DNA of 64,000 bases from Candidatus Methylacidiphilales bacterium (GTDB taxonomy: Bacteria; Verrucomicrobiota; Verrucomicrobiia; Methylacidiphilales; JAAUTS01), in the NCBI GenBank assembly GCA_028713655.1, contig JAQTNW010000009.1, positions 8,474 through 72,473 on the forward strand. Direction: 5' to 3'. The notes under the pieces were generated by a model that was given only the letters and a program-made list of their open reading frames with translations, searched no databases and was not told the DNA's origin. Below are positions 42,336 through 51,112 of the stretch, piece by piece. Made by a program: the position numbers and the translations under genes. Numbering within the stretch: the stretch's first letter is position 1; every line of letters starts with the position of its first letter.

Positions 42336-42379
42336 GAACCGCGGATAAACACGGATTCACACGGATTCACACGGATAAG
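42336..42379 (-). repeat. R5 10-bp-phased repeat, four units
   Basis: GAACCGCGGATAAA CACGGATTCA CACGGATTCA CACGGATAAG. Confidence 0.8.
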
Positions 42380-42525
42380 AATAACAAATTTTTACATGCT
42401 TCCTTTTGCGATTTTTGCGCCTTCCCGCTCGCGACGAATGTCGGAGTTTGCGGCCAACCTTCAATATCTTTTCGTCTTTCTTCGTGGCTTCGAGCCTTCG
42501 TGTGAGAATTTGTTCCACCTGCTTC

Positions 42526-42773
42526 TAACCCGGATGTTTCACACGCTTCTGAAAACCTCAGCAAAGTGTCCTGCTCCAAAGTGTGGCAGGAACTGGGGTG
42601 CAGGAACTGGGGTGCAGGAACTGGGGTGCAGGAACTGGGGTGCAGGAACTGGGGTGCAGGAACTGGGGTGCAGGAACATCCGGGTTACAAGCAAAACCGC
42701 CTGAATGGGTATTTTGTTTTGATTTTTGAATTGGAACTGCCTTATTTGGAGGCGGTTTTGCAATAGCCTGCAT
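42526..42773 (+). repeat. R1 element, expanded copy with second hairpin
   Basis: TAACCCGGATGTT (42526) pairs with AACATCCGGGTTA (42675). The loop carries the 14-bp tandem array. Then AAAACCGCC (42693)...GGCGGTTTT (42751) GCAATAGCCTGCAT. Confidence 0.8.
42587..42677 (+). repeat. Perfect 14-bp tandem repeat, 6 full copies plus a 7-nt partial
   Basis: (CAGGAACTGGGGTG)x6 + CAGGAAC, counted directly in the sequence. Confidence 0.95.
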
Positions 42774-42851
42774 ATGCTCTGTACGTGTCTTTCCGCTGTT
42801 ACGTCCCGGTGCTAACAGGTTGACCATTGAAATGAATATGAAATATGCAGG
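42764..42851 (-). repeat. R9 hairpin element, copy 2
   Basis: TAGCCTGCATAT (42764) and ATATGCAGGCTA (42840) form a perfect 12-bp inverted repeat. The interior is the reverse complement of 685-760. Confidence 0.8.
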
Positions 42852-42895
42852 CTAAGTCTTGAAACTTCAGCCCGAAACTGGAAACTGGTACTCCC

Positions 42896-44299
42896 ATGAC
42901 GCCAACGCAAACTCCGATCCGTAAAATTCATCTCATGGGCATCTGCGGCACCGCCATGGGTTCCGTGGCCGCCATGCTGAAACAGCAGGGCTATCAGGTC
43001 TCGGGCTCGGATGAAAAAGTGTACCCGCCGATGTCCACCTTCCTGGAACAACAGGGCGTCCGGATCATGGAAGGCTACAAGCCGGAGAATCTTTCCCACA
43101 AGCCGGACCTGGTTGTGCTCGGCAACGCCATCTCCCGCGGCAATCCCGAACTCGAGTACGCCCTCGACAGCCGCTTGTATTACCTTTCCCTGCCCGAGAC
43201 CCTGAAACAGTTTTTTCTCCGCTTCACGCAAAATCTCGTCGTCTCCGGCACGCACGGAAAAACCACCACGTCCTCCCTGCTCGCCTGGCTGTTCATCGAC
43301 GCAGGTTTGCAGCCGAGCTACATGATAGGCGGTGTGCCGTTGAACACCGGCCAGGGCTGCGCGCATAACAGCGGCAAATACTGGATTCTCGAAGGCGACG
43401 AATACGACACAGCCTTTTTTGACAAGCGCAGCAAGTTCCTCCATTACCTTCCCGAACTGGCCATCATCAACAACATCGAGTTCGACCATGCCGACATCTA
43501 CAATTCATTGGATGAAATCAAACTGACATTCCGCCGCCTGGTGGACATCGTCCCGCGCGGCGGCATGATCATTCTCAACGCCGACAATCCCCACGCCGTG
43601 GAGGTCACCCGGCACACCCGCTCTCAATTGATCGAAATCGGGTTTTCCAAAAACGCCGCAGTCCGGATCACGGGCTTGCACAGCGACGAGCGCGGCTCCC
43701 ATTTCGACCTCATGGGCCATCATTTTTCCATTCCGCTCTACGGGGCGCATAATGTCCACAATGCCGCCATGACGATCTCCGCCGCGCACAGCTACCAGAT
43801 CCCCCTGGACAAGATCGCGGACTCCCTGACCCGCTTCAAGGGCGTCAAACGCCGCATGGAAGTCCGGGCTGAGATGAAGGGAATCACAATCGTGGATGAT
43901 TTCGGCCATCATCCGACCGCTCTGACCGAAACCATCGGCGCCCTGCGCCAACGTTATCCCGGGCGGCGGCTTTGGGCTTTATTCGAGCCACGCTCCAACA
44001 CCACCCGGCGCGGCATCTTCCAAAACGAGCTGGCTGCCGCCCTGGCCAAAGCGGATGGCGTTTTCATCACCCAGATCGCCCGCGCGGATCAACTCAAGGA
44101 AGGGGACCGGCTCAATGTGCCCAAAGTCGCGGAAGACATCGGCAAAACCGGCATCCCGGCCTATTTTGTGGAGCACTCCGACGCCATCGCGGAAAAACTT
44201 CCCGGCCTGCTGCGCGAAGGCGATGTCGTGGGCGTCTTCAGCAATGGAAGCTTTAACGGATTGATCGATAAACTGATCGCAAAATTATCGCACTCCTGA
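42896..44299 (+). CDS. mpl: UDP-N-acetylmuramate:L-alanyl-gamma-D-glutamyl-meso-DAP ligase
   Basis: IHLMGICGTAMGSVAAMLKQQGYQVSGSDEKVYPPMSTFLEQQG...VSGTHGKTTTSSL. Collinear with E. coli Mpl rather than MurC. Confidence 0.9.
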   Translation: MTPTQTPIRKIHLMGICGTAMGSVAAMLKQQGYQVSGSDEKVYPPMSTFLEQQGVRIMEGYKPENLSHKPDLVVLGNAISRGNPELEYALDSRLYYLSLPETLKQFFLRFTQNLVVSGTHGKTTTSSLLAWLFIDAGLQPSYMIGGVPLNTGQGCAHNSGKYWILEGDEYDTAFFDKRSKFLHYLPELAIINNIEFDHADIYNSLDEIKLTFRRLVDIVPRGGMIILNADNPHAVEVTRHTRSQLIEIGFSKNAAVRITGLHSDERGSHFDLMGHHFSIPLYGAHNVHNAAMTISAAHSYQIPLDKIADSLTRFKGVKRRMEVRAEMKGITIVDDFGHHPTALTETIGALRQRYPGRRLWALFEPRSNTTRRGIFQNELAAALAKADGVFITQIARADQLKEGDRLNVPKVAEDIGKTGIPAYFVEHSDAIAEKLPGLLREGDVVGVFSNGSFNGLIDKLIAKLSHS

Positions 44300-44321
44300 T
44301 TCAACTTGCTGCTTCGCGTGG

Positions 44322-44439
44322 CTTGGGCGTCTCGCCCAAGGTTTTTGGTGGAGGGACGACCGCTGTGTCGTCCCATTATTTGGGTCGAGACGGCGCTCGA
44401 CCCTCCATTTTAAATGTCCGGTCCCTGCTGGGACCCGAC
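44322..44439. repeat. String of four GC-rich short-loop hairpins (R4-like)
   Basis: CTTGGGCGTCTCGCCCAAG, GGGACGACCGCTGTGTCGTCCC, GGGTCGAGACGGCGCTCGACCC, GGTCCCTGCTGGGACC. Confidence 0.75.
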
Positions 44440-44448
44440 AGCCAGAAT

Positions 44449-44814
44449 TCAGGCCTCCGCGCCCAATCCCAATTTCCGTTTCCGCTCGTTCAAACGGCGC
44501 GCCACATGCTTTTTCTGTTCAACGCGGCGGGTTTTGCGTTTGCGCAACTGGCCTGCGAGTTTGTCGGCGGCCACATCAATCGCGGCATACAAATCACTGC
44601 GGTGTTCCTCGATATGGATGTCCGGGCCGGGAACCGCAAGGTGGGCCTTCACGCAAAAGGATTTGTCGGGATTCTTGTTTTCATCGTACATCAGCACCAC
44701 ATGGGCGCCGATGATTTCGTCGGTCAAATGTTCCAGGTGGCTGACCTTCTGGGCCACATATTCATGGATCGCTCCGGTCAATCTCAGATGTCTTGAACTG
44801 ATGTGAATTTGCAT
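44449..44814 (-). CDS. hpf: Ribosome hibernation promoting factor (short HPF/RaiA type)
   Basis: MQIHISSRHLRLTGAIHEYVAQKVSHLEHL...DLYAAIDVAADKLAGQLRKRK. Confidence 0.9.
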   Translation of the reverse strand: MQIHISSRHLRLTGAIHEYVAQKVSHLEHLTDEIIGAHVVLMYDENKNPDKSFCVKAHLAVPGPDIHIEEHRSDLYAAIDVAADKLAGQLRKRKTRRVEQKKHVARRLNERKRKLGLGAEA

Positions 44815-44887
44815 GATTTTAATTTAAACCCCGGCAACGCCGTGTCCATCCTTAACCGCAAAAACACAGAACACGGAAGAAAACCTT

Positions 44888-44922
44888 TTATCCGCAGATG
44901 GACGCAGATTTCCACAGATGAG
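44888..44922 (-). repeat. R5 10-bp-phased triple repeat
   Basis: TTATCCGCAG ATGGACGCAG ATTTCCACAG ATGAG. Confidence 0.75.
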
Positions 44923-44936
44923 AAAATTGGGGCTTT

Positions 44937-44964
44937 CTTAAAACTTTAAACTTAAGACTTAAAA
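44937..44964 (+). repeat. R8 heptamer tandem array
   Basis: CTTAAAA CTTTAAA CTTAAGA CTTAAAA. Confidence 0.75.
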
Positions 44965-44971
44965 CATGAAG

Positions 44972-45006
44972 AGAACCACGGATGGACACGGATGTACGCG
45001 GATTAA
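44972..45006 (-). repeat. R5 10-bp-phased triple repeat
   Basis: GAACCACGGA TGGACACGGA TGTACGCGGA TTAAA. Confidence 0.75.
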
Positions 45007-45020
45007 AACTAGGCTGGCAC

Positions 45021-45048
45021 CATCCCCCTGAGAAGGGGGATAAATGCG
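45021..45048. repeat. R7 hairpin
   Basis: ATCCCCCTGAGAAGGGGGATAAATGCGG. Confidence 0.75.
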
Positions 45049-45093
45049 GCTTGTTCCAAGCAATAATAGTTTTTCCTCTGCGTTCTCAGCACC

Positions 45094-46038
45094 TCAGCGG
45101 CGAACCTTGTTTTCCACCGACAGCTTATATTCCCTCGCCAGGCGTTCCGCGCGGCCTTTAAATTCCGGCTCGGGATAATAATTCAAAATCTCAGACACAC
45201 AGGTCGTCGCGCCGTCCTTGTCCCCGGCCCGGCAACTGAGCTCCGCCGCGCGCCACAATCCCTCGGCGCACAGCTTTTTCAAGTCCGCATGAAAAACCAC
45301 CGGGAACATAAACCCGTCCAGCGCGGCATTCAGCAATTGCTCATGCTCGACCCGCTTGTCAGTCATCAACTGCCATTTCGGCCATTTCTTTTCCAGGTCC
45401 TGCAGTTTCGAGCAGGCCGACTCCGCCTGCGCCAGCCGCGCTCGTGCGCGCAAGAGAGCCAGCGACGCTTCATCTTCTCCGGAAATTCCTTCCATCCGCG
45501 ACGCCTCCTCCACAGCCTGTTCGGCCCTGCCAAGCCGGGCCAAGGCCGACAGGCGAAGGCCTGCGGCTTCAGTTCTGCGTGACGCCAGCCAGTCCCCCTT
45601 TTCAATCACGGAACAAAGTTCCAACGCCTCACGCGCCGCCTTTTTTGTTTCCTTGGCCAGTTGGAGTCGCGCACAGGCAAGACCCAGCGTCCCGGCATTG
45701 CTCTCCGGCAGGGAAAGAAACAGCCGCCGCAACACCCATCGCTTTTCCAACTCGGGCAAATCTTTCACGTCCGCCGAAACAAGCAGCCGGGCAACCGTGT
45801 TGTCATTTTCAAATTTAATTTTTTCAATCAGCGCCAAGGGATACGGGATTCGCGCCTGCCCGGCGTTCAAAGCAGGCTCAAGGGTTACGGCTTTTCCATC
45901 CGTACCCAGAATCCTTCCCTCCACCTTCAAACCGCTCTTCAGCCAAATTTCATCTGCCGCCACTGCCTGCGCCAGCAAGCCCAGCACAAGCAGAGCCGCG
46001 ACAAACATGAAACTTGATGCCTGAAACTTGATACTCAT
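45094..46038 (-). CDS. Secreted hypothetical protein with helical-repeat (TPR-like) C-terminal half
   Basis: Signal peptide MSIKFQASSFMFVAALLVLGLLAQAVAA. 4-nt overlap with the upstream TPR gene. Confidence 0.6.
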   Translation of the reverse strand: MSIKFQASSFMFVAALLVLGLLAQAVAADEIWLKSGLKVEGRILGTDGKAVTLEPALNAGQARIPYPLALIEKIKFENDNTVARLLVSADVKDLPELEKRWVLRRLFLSLPESNAGTLGLACARLQLAKETKKAAREALELCSVIEKGDWLASRRTEAAGLRLSALARLGRAEQAVEEASRMEGISGEDEASLALLRARARLAQAESACSKLQDLEKKWPKWQLMTDKRVEHEQLLNAALDGFMFPVVFHADLKKLCAEGLWRAAELSCRAGDKDGATTCVSEILNYYPEPEFKGRAERLAREYKLSVENKVRR

Positions 46039-48800
46039 AAAGCATTCAACCTTTCCCTCGCCTGTGCGTATTCCGCCGTTCCCTTCAATTGCTCGTTGCC
46101 AATCAATTCGCGATAGGTATTCGCCGCTTCCTGTCTCATCTCCAGCCTTTCAAAGGCCTGGCCGCTTTGCCAATACGCCCGCGCCACGTAATCGCCCCAG
46201 CGCCCATACATGACATAGATGCGCTGGAAATACGGAATGGCCCTTTTTGCGTCGCCGCGGCCCAGATAAATCTCCCCAATCTTGTACAACGCCTCGACTG
46301 CCGGAAGTCCGCGCGCCGACGGAATCTTCAGCACCTGTTCCAATTGGCCGAGTGCGCGCTCCGTATCGCCCCTTTCCAAAAAGATCTCCGCGCGCGCCTG
46401 CAACACCCGGAGCCTGGACGCAGGCTGCGCATTTTCCCTATCAAATCGCTCAAAGTATTCCAGGGCCTGTTTTGTTTTGCCTTGCGATTTTGCAACAAGG
46501 CCGAGTCCGGCATAACTCCGGTCGCGCAGCGCGCTGTTCGGATACCAGGATAAAATTGTCATATAGAACCCTGCCGCCTCGCTGCTCTTCCCCGCCTTCA
46601 GCAAGACATCCCCCACATCCGCCAGCAGGATGGAGCTCAGTTCGCGAGGTTCCGCCAACCCGGGAATCCTGAGCAAATGTTCCGCTGCAGCCTCCGGGGC
46701 CGTGCCTTGCTCAAGCTGGGCCTGCATCCAGAGCATTCTTGCGGCGAGGGCGCGTTGATTTTTGGCGGCAGACTCCGCGCCCAGCGTGCTCAACTTGCCC
46801 ATCAACCGCTCCTTCTCCTCCGGCGAATGATAATACTTCGCCAGCGCCCGCAGCATGTCTTCAACCGCAGAAGCCTCCGGATCGTTGCCATAACGCGAGA
46901 CCGCATCCCAGTACAGCTCCAGCGCCTTTTCGGGTTGTTCCTGGCGACGATAAACCCAGGCAATCTTCCCCAAAGCCTCCGCAATGCGCGGGCTCTCGGG
47001 ATGTTCCCGCACAAACGTTTCAAAATGTGCGCGCATCCGGTCATACTGCTCAGTGGCCTTGTAAACCTGGCCCACCCGGAAGACCGCATAATCGGCCAGC
47101 TTGCGGTCGCGTCCGGAATTTTTGCTGTACGCCTCAAGCCCGCGCTCGGTCTCGCCCAAAGCCAGCCAGCAATCACCTAACAAATTGACAGCCTCATCCG
47201 CCGGTTCGGACCCCGGATAACGCTTTAAGAAAGCTTCAAGCTCCTTGCAGGCGCCGTTGAAATCCTTTTGATAAAACAAGGCCTGCGCCCGGCGGAAGCT
47301 GCTGTCGGCCGCATAAATTCCGTGAAAATATTTTTCGAGATAGACCCGGTGAGCTTCCCGGCTTTTGGCGTAGTCCTTGTTGAAGTGCCAGGCCATCGCC
47401 TCCCAGTACCAGCTCCTTTCAATCCATCCGCTTTTGGGAAACTTTTCACGGAACTCCTGAAACAACGCCGCCGCCTCGGTGTTCCTTTCCTGCAAGAGCA
47501 GGCCATACGCGGCCATGAACAGGCAGCGATCGGCTTGCGCAAAACCCGGATATTGAGCCGCCACCTTTTGAAAGATTTCCACCGATTGATTGTAATCCTT
47601 GCTCTGGCGACAGGATTCGGCCTTGAGATACAAAACCTCCGGCAAAAGCGGGCTTTTTGAAAAACGCCCCGCAAACTCATCTGCAACTTGGATGGCCTCC
47701 CGCCAGCGCTGCATGTGCGCCAGAGCGACCACACGGGTGTAATCGGCCTGCATCAGCCATTCGCCCTTGCCTTCGTTCTCAGACAGTTTCCCGACCATCT
47801 GTCGCAACACGAGGTTTGCCTCCCGGTACCGGTTCAAATGCAAAAACGCCTGCGCGATGCGAAACTGCAAAGCCGCGTCGTAATCCGGCATGTTTTTCAA
47901 CTGATCGAGTTCCGCGCGAATTTGAAGGATCGAATCCTGAATCTGTATCTGCTCTGTTGGGTCTGAAACAGGGCTCGACGAAAGTTTTTTCTGTGTGGAT
48001 TCGAGAGCCGCCAGCCTTGATGTTTGCCGTGTGACAAGACGATCCTTCGGCCAGACCTTTTGCAAGGCCAGCAGGGCTTTGCGATATTGTCCGTCGTTCA
48101 GCAATCGCGAACCCAGATCCAACGCCAACAAATGGCGGGCTGAGATTTTGGGCGTGTTGTCATTATCTGAAAACAGCGTTTGCAGCGAATCGAGCGCCGC
48201 GTCGTATTGTCCCGACTTGATCCTGGCATGCACCACGAGCAGGCGCGCCTGAGAGGCCATGTCGGGTTTTGCCCGCTTTTCCAGCTCGGTAAAATAATCC
48301 GCTGTTTCCTTGTATTTGTTTTGCGCCAGCAAGGCCTGGCCGAGGCTGAACCGGGCTGGATCGCTGCGTTTGCTCGCGGGATATTTTTGCAGATAAGCGC
48401 GCAAGGCTGCTTCCGCTTCCTTCGGCTTCCCGGTTTTCAGCAGGGCAACTCCGCGCCAAAAGACAAACGACTCGGTTTCGCTGCCGCTGGGGTAATCGTT
48501 CAGATATTTTTCGATATTTCCCTGAGCAGCCTCAAACTTGCCCTGTCGGATTTGCGAATAAGCCAGCAACTGGATGACTTGCTCCAGGACCTGCGCCGCC
48601 TCCACGCTCTTGCCGTAGTCGGCCAGGAAGCCGTTTAAAACAGCCTCGGCCCTGGCATTATCGCCGCTGTCAAAAGCAAAAAGTCCCTGCTGCAGGACAT
48701 CATGGCCTGTCGGCACAGGGGAACTCGCCCCAAAACCGGCTGCCAGCAAAGCAGGCTGCAACAATAACCCGGCCATGCCGCATTTCAGAATGAAACGCAT
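46035..48800 (-). CDS. Large secreted tetratricopeptide-repeat protein
   Basis: 921 aa. Signal-like N-terminus and many 34-aa units with the A..Y..G.Y..A pattern (e.g. AAYGLLLQERNTEAAALFQEFREKFP). Confidence 0.8.
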   Translation of the reverse strand: MRFILKCGMAGLLLQPALLAAGFGASSPVPTGHDVLQQGLFAFDSGDNARAEAVLNGFLADYGKSVEAAQVLEQVIQLLAYSQIRQGKFEAAQGNIEKYLNDYPSGSETESFVFWRGVALLKTGKPKEAEAALRAYLQKYPASKRSDPARFSLGQALLAQNKYKETADYFTELEKRAKPDMASQARLLVVHARIKSGQYDAALDSLQTLFSDNDNTPKISARHLLALDLGSRLLNDGQYRKALLALQKVWPKDRLVTRQTSRLAALESTQKKLSSSPVSDPTEQIQIQDSILQIRAELDQLKNMPDYDAALQFRIAQAFLHLNRYREANLVLRQMVGKLSENEGKGEWLMQADYTRVVALAHMQRWREAIQVADEFAGRFSKSPLLPEVLYLKAESCRQSKDYNQSVEIFQKVAAQYPGFAQADRCLFMAAYGLLLQERNTEAAALFQEFREKFPKSGWIERSWYWEAMAWHFNKDYAKSREAHRVYLEKYFHGIYAADSSFRRAQALFYQKDFNGACKELEAFLKRYPGSEPADEAVNLLGDCWLALGETERGLEAYSKNSGRDRKLADYAVFRVGQVYKATEQYDRMRAHFETFVREHPESPRIAEALGKIAWVYRRQEQPEKALELYWDAVSRYGNDPEASAVEDMLRALAKYYHSPEEKERLMGKLSTLGAESAAKNQRALAARMLWMQAQLEQGTAPEAAAEHLLRIPGLAEPRELSSILLADVGDVLLKAGKSSEAAGFYMTILSWYPNSALRDRSYAGLGLVAKSQGKTKQALEYFERFDRENAQPASRLRVLQARAEIFLERGDTERALGQLEQVLKIPSARGLPAVEALYKIGEIYLGRGDAKRAIPYFQRIYVMYGRWGDYVARAYWQSGQAFERLEMRQEAANTYRELIGNEQLKGTAEYAQARERLNAL

Positions 48801-48954
48801 GAAACGGATTATAAAAACCTATCGTTTCAATAGCGTGACGATGGGGTCACAAAGAAAATCATTTTGAACCGGGAATGAAAACCAGCACAAGGTCTCGCGC
48901 AGAGACGCAAAGGCGCGGAGGAAAGGCAGAAAATGGATTTTATTTTACGCTGCC

Positions 48955-48993
48955 TTTTATCTGCGTTTATCTGCGTCCATCTGCGGTTCAAAA
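48955..48993 (+). repeat. R5 10-bp-phased triple repeat
   Basis: TTTTATCTGCG TTTATCTGCG TCCATCTGCG GTTCAAAA. Confidence 0.8.
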
Positions 48994-49036
48994 CGTTTTT
49001 TCTTCCGTCTTTTGCGGCCAACAAAACCCCCTCGCC

Positions 49037-49061
49037 TTCCCCCTTGTCGGGGGGATAACAC
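49037..49061. repeat. R7 hairpin
   Basis: TTCCCCCTTGTCGGGGGGATAACAC. Confidence 0.7.
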
Positions 49062-49074
49062 AAATCAGCACCCG

Positions 49075-50934
49075 TCAGACATAGGGCAGAAACGCGGTCA
49101 TGACTTCATCCGGGATGTTCAAGAGGTGATAGTCCTTGCTGGCGACAAAGATCAACTGCTGCTTTCCCTTCCCCAACAAATTCCCGGCGGAATCGTGGAT
49201 CTGATGTTCCATGGTGACGATCTTGCGGTTGTATTCCGAGATGCGGATCTTGACGCTGATCCGCTCAAACTCGCGGCTTTCCCTGGCAAACTTGTGCTCG
49301 AAGGAGCGCGTCAGGATATAATAAGGCGTGGTCTTCAGGTCAAACGCCGGCAGCACGTAATTAAAAAACAGTTCGCGCGTCTTGCCGACCCACATGGCGT
49401 ACATCCCGAAATACACGTTGCCGACCGAGTTGGTGTCGGAATAGGTCGAAATGAAGGAATGCACAAACCATTTTCCCTCGAAATGGCTGCCCGTGCTCAC
49501 TTCCCTTGGCTCGCTGCCGGAAACAAAATGGGTCACCTTGGAAATGGCCTTCAAGCCCGGAAGCTCCGACGCCGCGTCAATCACCTCTTCCGCCTTTTCC
49601 GTGACCACGCGCAACAGGTCGGTGTTAAACACAAGCCAGAGGACGTAGAGGATCGGCAGGATCGACGCCAGGATCATCAAGCCCGGCACCCCGAACAAAT
49701 AGCCATAGGCGAAAATCACCACCGCCAGGCTACCCATCGCAAACATCCGGATCTGCGGCAGGGGATTTTGGGAATTGGGCACAAAGCAACGCGCAATGCC
49801 AAGCCCGCTATAGCCAATGAAAAACGACGCGTAAAATACCATGAAATATTCAAGCTCCAACCGGATGACACAGGCGAAAATGGTAAAAACCCCGGCGAAA
49901 ATAAAACTCGGAATGGGCGATGAAATAAGGCCCTGCGGGATGAAGGAAAAAATGGGGCTTTGGCTGGCCTTGACGTTTTCGGACAGAAACCATTTGAGCG
50001 CCACATAGCCGCTGTCGAGGGTTGTGATCAAGCACACCGCGATGAACACATAATAACCATACGGGGCCCAGAGCCCGATCACCGTCTCCTGCCCGTGCAT
50101 GAATTGCACGATCATTTGATGAGCATATTGCAGGCCGACCACCTCGACGGTTTGAAAGGATCCGGGGAAATTTCCCATGACATAGAGCGCCATCACCCCG
50201 TGAAACAACAATAGCAGGAAAAATTCAACGCTGCCGAAAAAGTAGCTGCCCGCCAGGCTCGTCCTCTCCTTGTGGATCTGGATGGCGCGCTGCCATTGCT
50301 GCAGATCCAACCAGGGACCGACCAGAAAGCCGACGAAAATCGGGATCAGATAGCCCCAGAATTTGAAGTCGGCAAAAGGCTTGGCTTCCAGCAGCGGCCG
50401 GGTGCCGAAATGGAAAGGCTGGATGATTGCCAAAACAACCGCGACGGCCACGGCCAGAATCGCGAATTGCGCCAGATGGCCGAACTTGATCGAGGCGATG
50501 TCAAACTCCTCGCCAAAGAGGCAGGAGGCGGCGAGCACGATCAAAACCGTGAGGGCCACAAACAGCAGATAAACCACGATGCCGGACTCGCGGGAGGGCA
50601 GCACCAGCGGCTCAAAGAAGTAATGCACCGCGGCGAACACGGTCAGAGTTATCGCCAGTAACTGGTATAGATAGAAACTCAGGCGGAATGGCCGGGCCCA
50701 TTTTTTAAAGAAGCGGCCCAGGGAATCGTCGCCCGAATCGCGCCCGGCAATTTTTCCGGTGTAAACGCCGAAAAGGAACAAACCCAGGGCGTTGGGGATC
50801 GCAAAACACAGCAGGCCTGTGAGTCCGAACAGGAATGTGATCTGGACGGAAAAAAAGAGCCCCAGCCCCCAGAGCCAGGACAAGGCAATGGAATTTCCCC
50901 AAAAGAGCGAGTTAAGCCAGCGATTTTGTTTCAT
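49075..50934 (-). CDS. Polytopic membrane domain (symporter-like) fused to C-terminal 4HBT/hotdog acyl-CoA thioesterase domain
   Basis: About 470 aa with 12 or more hydrophobic helices and a GPWLDLQQWQRA motif resembling the DQxxxQR motif of sodium:solute symporters. C-terminus YSDTNSVGNVYFGMYAMWVGKTRELFF...ILTRSFEHKFARESREFERI, thioesterase-like. Confidence 0.7.
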   Translation of the reverse strand: MKQNRWLNSLFWGNSIALSWLWGLGLFFSVQITFLFGLTGLLCFAIPNALGLFLFGVYTGKIAGRDSGDDSLGRFFKKWARPFRLSFYLYQLLAITLTVFAAVHYFFEPLVLPSRESGIVVYLLFVALTVLIVLAASCLFGEEFDIASIKFGHLAQFAILAVAVAVVLAIIQPFHFGTRPLLEAKPFADFKFWGYLIPIFVGFLVGPWLDLQQWQRAIQIHKERTSLAGSYFFGSVEFFLLLLFHGVMALYVMGNFPGSFQTVEVVGLQYAHQMIVQFMHGQETVIGLWAPYGYYVFIAVCLITTLDSGYVALKWFLSENVKASQSPIFSFIPQGLISSPIPSFIFAGVFTIFACVIRLELEYFMVFYASFFIGYSGLGIARCFVPNSQNPLPQIRMFAMGSLAVVIFAYGYLFGVPGLMILASILPILYVLWLVFNTDLLRVVTEKAEEVIDAASELPGLKAISKVTHFVSGSEPREVSTGSHFEGKWFVHSFISTYSDTNSVGNVYFGMYAMWVGKTRELFFNYVLPAFDLKTTPYYILTRSFEHKFARESREFERISVKIRISEYNRKIVTMEHQIHDSAGNLLGKGKQQLIFVASKDYHLLNIPDEVMTAFLPYV

Positions 50935-51010
50935 GTGAGAGGAACCAGATAACCACCGAAGCCCGCCCCCGGCAAGCGGGGTTTTTCATGGCGACGCGAA
51001 TAAAAGGCTT

Positions 51011-51045
51011 ATTAACGCAGAGGGCATAAGGCGCAAAGACGCGGG
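51011..51045 (+). repeat. R6 element
   Basis: ATTAACGCAGAGGGCATAAGGCGCAAAGACGCGGG. Confidence 0.75.
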
Positions 51046-51070
51046 TTTAAATCACGAAAGAAGGCGGAAA

Positions 51071-51105
51071 CTTGAAACTGAAAACTTAAGACTTAAGACT
51101 TAAAA
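51071..51105 (+). repeat. R8 heptamer tandem array
   Basis: CTTGAAA CTGAAAA CTTAAGA CTTAAGA CTTAAAA. Confidence 0.8.
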
Positions 51106-51112
51106 CTCTTCC

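Noticed and set aside
42336-42379. Considered R5 repeats (..GGATAA..) as DnaA boxes marking oriC
   Set aside because: Only the GGATAA part resembles TGTGGATAA. The copies are spread over the whole 64 kb in both orientations. No dnaA, dnaN or AT-rich unwinding element is adjacent, and parB lies 6 kb from the densest copy. The evidence is insufficient.
42587-42677. Considered whether the 14-bp repeats are a CRISPR array
   Set aside because: The units are directly contiguous with no spacers and are only 14 bp long. No cas genes are present. This is a simple tandem repeat.
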